A stretch of 64,000 nt of DNA, taken from Methanobacterium sp. UBA353 (GTDB taxonomy: Archaea; Methanobacteriota; Methanobacteria; Methanobacteriales; Methanobacteriaceae). The stretch covers positions 45,615 to 109,614 of the forward strand of contig DALO01000016.1 in assembly GCA_002496805.1 (NCBI GenBank), in the 5' to 3' direction. The notes under the pieces are model-generated. The model was given only the letters and a program-made list of their open reading frames with translations, did not search any database and was not told the DNA's origin. The position numbers and the translations under genes were made by a program. Shown one piece after another: positions 58,969 to 64,000 of this stretch. Position 1 is the stretch's first letter; the number at the start of each line of letters is the position of its first letter.

Positions 58969-59706
58969 TTAATTAACGGTGAACGCCACAACCAGGCCAT
59001 TAACACGCTGTTGGTTATCTTTGATAGGAGTAATCGTGCCGTTTACAAAAACATGACTCCCTTCACGTGAAATAAGCTTAGGTTCCTCATCTGATGTTAA
59101 AGCTTCTGCCAGCGAACATTCATGGGTCACTTCTTTCAGAGGCAAGAAAATTTCTCTTATATCCTTTCCAAGAGCTTCTGCCTTAGTCCAACCAGTTAAA
59201 TTCTCTGCTAAAGCATTGATAAATCTTATTTGTCCTGTGGAATTGGTTGCAATAACTGCTTCTGATGTTTTCTGTAACATAGCACCAGAAATTTGATCGT
59301 GTTCTTTTTCCATCTGGTGCCTATAAAGCGTTATTTCTATGGCAGCATGGAGTTCACTCTCATCAAATGGTTTACTCAACATTCCTTGACCTTTAACTAA
59401 AAAACCAGATGGTTCAGTTAGTTTAGCCCTTTCAACTGTTTTTTCATCGGAATAAGCTGTTAGGTAAATAACTGGAATATCTTGTACCTTTCTGATCTCA
59501 GCAGCAGATTCAATACCATCCATTTCTCCCTTTAATTTAATATCCATTAGAACTAAATCTGGCTCCAATCTCGCTGCTTGGCGAACTGCACCTTCTCCTG
59601 TAGAACAAATAATGGGAACTTTATATCCGGCAAATTCCAGTCCAGCTTTGATATCTTCGGCGGTGATCCTTTCATCTTCCACCACTAAAATTGTTGCACG
59701 AGTCAC
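58969..59706 (-). CDS. Response regulator: receiver domain + PAS-like domain (tandem paralog)
   Basis: 245 aa from GTG with the same architecture and many identical blocks (ILVVEDERITAED, YLTAYSDEKTV.RAK.TEPSGF, AIEITLYRH). Confidence 0.85.
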   Translation of the reverse strand: MTRATILVVEDERITAEDIKAGLEFAGYKVPIICSTGEGAVRQAARLEPDLVLMDIKLKGEMDGIESAAEIRKVQDIPVIYLTAYSDEKTVERAKLTEPSGFLVKGQGMLSKPFDESELHAAIEITLYRHQMEKEHDQISGAMLQKTSEAVIATNSTGQIRFINALAENLTGWTKAEALGKDIREIFLPLKEVTHECSLAEALTSDEEPKLISREGSHVFVNGTITPIKDNQQRVNGLVVAFTVN

Positions 59707-59817
59707 TCCATCTGCACTCCTGACATTATATATAGAATCGTTGGGTAAATGTAATATTCTTACTATATCATTGCTTTAATATAAGGATTTTTAAACTAGT
59801 AATTAATTCTAGTAGTT

Positions 59818-61335
59818 TTATCTCCCTATGAGAATCTTATTTATTGCATCTAAAACAGCTTCAACGCTGGCCATTACCACGTCTTCCACGGTTGATCGGC
59901 CTGTGGCGCTGTTACCTTCTTTATCTGCTAAAATTACAAATACCTCAGCTAGTGCATTTGTTCCTCCGGTTATCGCCTCAATATGATATTCTTTTAGTTT
60001 TATGTCAGTTGTTTCTCTCACTAAACTTTGAATGGCATTTATGGCTGCGTCAACCGGACCCACCCCTGTTTGGGCTGAGGTTTTTATGTTACCATCAATG
60101 TTAAGTTTAACCGTAGCTGTGGGAAGTACATTATCTCCCGTAATCACGGTGAAACCTTCTAATTTTACTTTTTCTTCTTTAGGTCTTCCTATTACTGTTT
60201 CTGCGAGTGCTTGCAGATCAGCGTCTGTGACCATTTTTCCCTTATCCCCTAGTTTTTTCACTTGGTCATATAGACTGCAGAACTGATCTTCGTCCAGTTC
60301 AATTCCATAATCATCCAGTTTAGATCGTATTGCGCGGGTCCCAGTATGTTTCCCCATGATTATGCGGCGAGTGTGACCCACCATCTCTGGTTTTAATGGC
60401 TCATATGTCTCTGCTTTCTGTAATACTCCGTGGACGTGTATTCCTGCTTCGTGAGCAAAGGCATTATCCCCTACAATGGCTTTATTTGGGGGCATTTTTA
60501 CTCCAGTGATTCGGGAAACTAGTTCAGAGGTGCCCACTAAAAGTTCAGTGTTGATGTTGGTCTTAATCCCATAATTGATCATAAGAGCCATTACAACCTC
60601 TTCCAGGGAAGTGTTTCCTGCCCTTTCCCCTAATCCGTTGATTGTTGCGTGAACTTGCTGGGCACCAGCTTCCACTGCTGAAAGGCTGTTAGCCACGGCT
60701 AAACCAAAATCATCATGACAATGCACACTTATTGGAATTTCCACTATTTTTTTGATGTCAGTTATTATTTTATGCATAGATCCGGGAACCATTACCCCCA
60801 CTGTATCTGGAACGTTGATTATGTCTACCCCTGCTTCTTCTACTGCGGAGTAAATTTTTTGGAGGAATTCCAATTCGGTTCGGGTGGCATCTTCTGCTGA
60901 AAATTCAGCAATGATTCCATGGTCTTTAATGTACTCCACTGTTTCCACTGATTTTTGGAGTATTTCATCCTGATCCATTTTTAATTTGTATTTACGGTGA
61001 AGTGGAGATGTTCCAATAAAGGTATGAATGTAATCCACATCCGAATCTAGGGCTGCATCAACGTCTTCCCGTAGTACTCTTGCCAAACCACAAACTTGCG
61101 TATTCAGACCCAAATTTTTAATTTGCTGGGCTGCTTTCCGTTCACCCAGTGATGCGGCTGGAAATCCCACTTCTATGACATCTACTCCTAAGCGGTCCAG
61201 TCTTTTGGCTATTCTGATCTTTTCATCCGGTGTTATCGCAACTCCCGGCGTTTGTTCACCATCTCGAAGGGTGGTATCGAATATTCGCACCTTTTCAGGA
61301 ATTTTCATTTCTTTTTTTATCTCATCTATGTACAT
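59818..61335 (-). CDS. leuA: 2-isopropylmalate synthase / (R)-citramalate synthase family enzyme (LeuA-like)
   Basis: 505 aa with [29 protein letters not shown] and a C-terminal LeuA-dimer regulatory domain. The GFPAAS motif leans toward LeuA rather than CimA, but I cannot separate the two by eye. Confidence 0.8.
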   Translation of the reverse strand: MYIDEIKKEMKIPEKVRIFDTTLRDGEQTPGVAITPDEKIRIAKRLDRLGVDVIEVGFPAASLGERKAAQQIKNLGLNTQVCGLARVLREDVDAALDSDVDYIHTFIGTSPLHRKYKLKMDQDEILQKSVETVEYIKDHGIIAEFSAEDATRTELEFLQKIYSAVEEAGVDIINVPDTVGVMVPGSMHKIITDIKKIVEIPISVHCHDDFGLAVANSLSAVEAGAQQVHATINGLGERAGNTSLEEVVMALMINYGIKTNINTELLVGTSELVSRITGVKMPPNKAIVGDNAFAHEAGIHVHGVLQKAETYEPLKPEMVGHTRRIIMGKHTGTRAIRSKLDDYGIELDEDQFCSLYDQVKKLGDKGKMVTDADLQALAETVIGRPKEEKVKLEGFTVITGDNVLPTATVKLNIDGNIKTSAQTGVGPVDAAINAIQSLVRETTDIKLKEYHIEAITGGTNALAEVFVILADKEGNSATGRSTVEDVVMASVEAVLDAINKILIGR

Positions 61336-61442
61336 GGGAAGACCCCTTTATGGTTTGACATGACGATCTGATATTAGATGGAACTAGATAAAAAAATTGT
61401 GCTAAAAAATATCTTTTGAAATTAGATTCTGTGGTTATTTTT

Positions 61443-62237
61443 TTAGGTTCCCATACTCAAGCTCAAGAAGTTTCTGAGGCCTGGTGCTAAACCTAAAATG
61501 AATATTGCTAATTTCAACATGCTCCGAATAATTCTATCTTCAACATAAGTATCTATAACATAAAGAGCAGATAATATGACTGCTATTTTCAAAGGATACA
61601 TTACAAATGCAGTGTCTGCTAATTGAGTGAGTGCGTTGGGTAGAACGTGTTGTTCACCATACCCATAGTAGTCCACAGCGATGAATGTAGTGCTTGCATC
61701 TAATAAATGAGCTAATAAAACACTTAAATTAAATTTATCCCGTAAAAGGCCCCATTTTTTACTTAATAATATAAATGGGGCTGATATTAGAGCCCATGAA
61801 CCTAAAATCTGTAAACTCGCTATGGGGTTGAGGTGTGGGGCGTGATATATATTTGGAAGACACATGCCTGCGCCAATTGCAAGTATAATGTAACGATAAT
61901 TCCATCCAGTCTTGTGTTCAATGAAAACTGATGCTAAAACTGCGAAAATAGCTGATAAGCCGGTTAAAACATATATGCCCGGAGTTACCAAGATGTAAGT
62001 TAAAGGATATATTCCATTATCGACAAGTGCCCGGGCACTGGCCCCGAAGAATATGAAGGGAATTAATGGTATGAAAAGATCTTTTGGATCTTTTTCTATC
62101 CATCTGAACATTCTGATTATTAGGAGGATTACCAAACTCAATATTATTCCAAAAACTATAGTATTCAAAGTAGTGTAACCAGGGTGCAAGTATATAAAGT
62201 TCTCCTGGATGTACTGTAGGATAGAATCAAACCACAT
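61443..62237 (-). CDS. Polytopic membrane protein (possibly DUF63 family)
   Basis: 264 aa with about 7 hydrophobic spans. The family assignment is from memory only. Confidence 0.6.
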   Translation of the reverse strand: MWFDSILQYIQENFIYLHPGYTTLNTIVFGIILSLVILLIIRMFRWIEKDPKDLFIPLIPFIFFGASARALVDNGIYPLTYILVTPGIYVLTGLSAIFAVLASVFIEHKTGWNYRYIILAIGAGMCLPNIYHAPHLNPIASLQILGSWALISAPFILLSKKWGLLRDKFNLSVLLAHLLDASTTFIAVDYYGYGEQHVLPNALTQLADTAFVMYPLKIAVILSALYVIDTYVEDRIIRSMLKLAIFILGLAPGLRNFLSLSMGT

Positions 62238-62309
62238 GGCACTAAGTATGGATTTAAAATATTTATACTTATCTTAACTTGTTAAATATTCTTAAAAATG
62301 AAAAACATC

Positions 62310-62957
62310 TTAAATTCGTTTGATCTTCTTGTTTATAACTTCTTTCAGGATGAGTGGTAGGGGAGTCCGATCTCCAAAAACATTGGTCTTCCCAGAAAGT
62401 ATCCCATTAAGTATGCTATCTACTGAAAAATCTGCTTCCAGTTGGGTAACACAACTGCCTATAGCTTCTAGAAAGTGTGCATCACTAGCACCAATTTGGG
62501 GAATTTTTTTCTCTATAGCCATTTTTTTAGCTCGCCAATTCGAGTATCCAAATATGTAACGTGAGTTTAGGGTTTCCATGGCATCCACATCCACGTATTT
62601 GACTTGGGTAAACAGTCCTTCGCGGTAAGTTACAAATGGATGGGCAGCCACTGCAATTCCTCCCTGAATTCTTATGAGATCAACAGTTTCTTCAGGGGAG
62701 ATTCCTTTCGGTATTTCTTCACTAATACCTAAGGCCACAATGTGTCCTTTACTTGTTGATACCTCCATGGCAGGTATGATCACCAGATCATCCATTTTCC
62801 CATGATCTTTTAACGCCACTTCAGAACCTTTGAGGGAATTATGGTCAGCAATGGCTATTGCGTCTAAACCAATTTTACGGGAATGTTTTATGATGTCTTT
62901 TACAGATGCAGTGGAGTCTCCAGAGTATGTACTGTGAATGTGAGGGTCAATGATCAT
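62310..62957 (-). CDS. PHP-domain metal-dependent phosphoesterase
   Basis: 215 aa. IIDPHIHSTYSGD, IAIADHNS, AAHPF and ASDAH motifs fit the PHP fold. Confidence 0.8.
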   Translation of the reverse strand: MIIDPHIHSTYSGDSTASVKDIIKHSRKIGLDAIAIADHNSLKGSEVALKDHGKMDDLVIIPAMEVSTSKGHIVALGISEEIPKGISPEETVDLIRIQGGIAVAAHPFVTYREGLFTQVKYVDVDAMETLNSRYIFGYSNWRAKKMAIEKKIPQIGASDAHFLEAIGSCVTQLEADFSVDSILNGILSGKTNVFGDRTPLPLILKEVINKKIKRI

Positions 62958-62962
62958 TAATT

Positions 62963-63985
62963 TTATCTCCTTTGCATGATTGCTTGTATCAGTCCAGCAG
63001 GACCGGTCATCATGACATCCCCTCCAGGTGCAGCGTTGTAAATTTCCAGATCTGTTTCTTTAAGAATAGCACGTTTTGGTCCTGTAGCTACTACACATTC
63101 AAAGGATCCTATTCCTTTTACTGCCCATGCCCCATGACCCCCTTCACTATGAACCTCCTCATGAGTTATTATTCCTTTTGAAAGACGAGTAATTAGTTCT
63201 TCTATCCTTCGAGGAGTGAGAAGTCCGGTGTGGTGTTCAAAAACTCCATTAATTTTTCCTTCTTTAAATGATGCAGCTAGAGTATGCCCATTTCCCACAT
63301 CCAAGACCACATAATTATTCATTTCGGCAACTGTGGTGTCAAGGACGGCTCCGGATATGGATGCAAATTTAGAGTCCATGATTGTTGGATGGTATTCTTT
63401 GAGGGTCCTAAAAACCCCTTGCATACGGGTGAAGTATTCTGGAACTTTATCATGATATGCAAAATCTTCAGGAGGGCGAGGAATGTTAAGATTCTCCTTT
63501 ATTTTTTGAAAACGAAAGTTTCTGTCACCTGTTCCTTCATGATAACCATGATCCTGTACTGCCACCCCAATATGGTCAAATTCCAGTTTGACATCAAAAT
63601 TTGATAATGCCCCATTTATAGCTGACAAATCAACGTCTTTTAGCTCTAATTGTGCAATATTTGGATGTTTTTCCCTGGATGGAACAATTTCTATGCCCAT
63701 TGATTTGACCCGTTCCAAATCATCTCTAACTGTTCGAGCAGATTGTTCTGTCATCAGCACACGATGACCTTTATCAAGGTGATTTTTAATGGCTTTGTTC
63801 ACAGGACCACCACCCATGGTATCACCAGTTAAAAAAAGATCATGATGATGTTTTCTTATCCTATCCGCCATTATTTTGGTTGGAGAGGGGAGAACCATCT
63901 TCACTGAGTTTTCAATGGAATGGTTAGTGTCATGCAGCATTATATCTTGGGTCCCTGTACCCACATCAATTGCCAGTATTTTCAT
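62963..63985 (-). CDS. ASKHA-fold (actin/sugar-kinase-like) protein, DUF1786-like
   Basis: 340 aa. The N-terminal MKILAIDVGTGTQD is the phosphate-1 motif of the ASKHA superfamily, and VLDVGNGHT is a second nucleotide-binding motif. Its stop lies 5 nt upstream of the PHP gene start. Confidence 0.7.
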   Translation of the reverse strand: MKILAIDVGTGTQDIMLHDTNHSIENSVKMVLPSPTKIMADRIRKHHHDLFLTGDTMGGGPVNKAIKNHLDKGHRVLMTEQSARTVRDDLERVKSMGIEIVPSREKHPNIAQLELKDVDLSAINGALSNFDVKLEFDHIGVAVQDHGYHEGTGDRNFRFQKIKENLNIPRPPEDFAYHDKVPEYFTRMQGVFRTLKEYHPTIMDSKFASISGAVLDTTVAEMNNYVVLDVGNGHTLAASFKEGKINGVFEHHTGLLTPRRIEELITRLSKGIITHEEVHSEGGHGAWAVKGIGSFECVVATGPKRAILKETDLEIYNAAPGGDVMMTGPAGLIQAIMQRR

Positions 63986-64000
63986 GTTTTACTCTTATGT

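Overview
This 64-kb window is an AT-rich, gene-dense stretch of archaeal chromosome. Gene content points to a methanogen of the Methanobacteriales type (inference): PolD DP2, O-phosphoseryl-tRNA synthetase, the F430 gene cfbD, a TfrA-like fumarate reductase flavoprotein, Alba, CTP-type riboflavin kinase, a class III signal-peptide protein, and GGAGGTGA-type ribosome-binding sites. I can support about 60 protein genes on both strands, one tRNA-Arg(GCG), and one decayed IS element with terminal inverted repeats and a broken DDE transposase. Two short genes are absent from the ORF track: Sec61-beta with a TTG start, and a TRASH/YHS metal-binding protein after copA. I found no rRNA, CRISPR array, restriction-modification, toxin-antitoxin, prophage or other recognisable defence module. 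Most of the window is housekeeping: purB, hisF/hisG/hisH, leuS, nadE, gatA, sepS, ribK/ribB, a leuA-type synthase, cbiE and copA. The parts I cannot explain from known families, in my order of interest:
1. A tandem pair of membrane proteins, each an internal triplication of a ~100-aa module ending in YNxLxPxxGGxxL. Three glycine-zipper mini membrane proteins sit next to them.
2. A 498-aa protein with a CobQ-type glutaminase domain placed N-terminal to a CbiA-type P-loop domain, the reverse of the canonical order.
3. Two membrane-anchored extracytoplasmic paralogs with an HPxE...DVH motif. Each lies beside one subunit gene of imidazole-glycerol-phosphate synthase.
4. An HTH plus 2x[4Fe-4S] regulator.
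5. An ASKHA-like/PHP/membrane-protein gene string.
6. A PadR/ABC/beta-propeller operon.
All functional calls rest on my reading of the translations and remembered family motifs. No database search was run.
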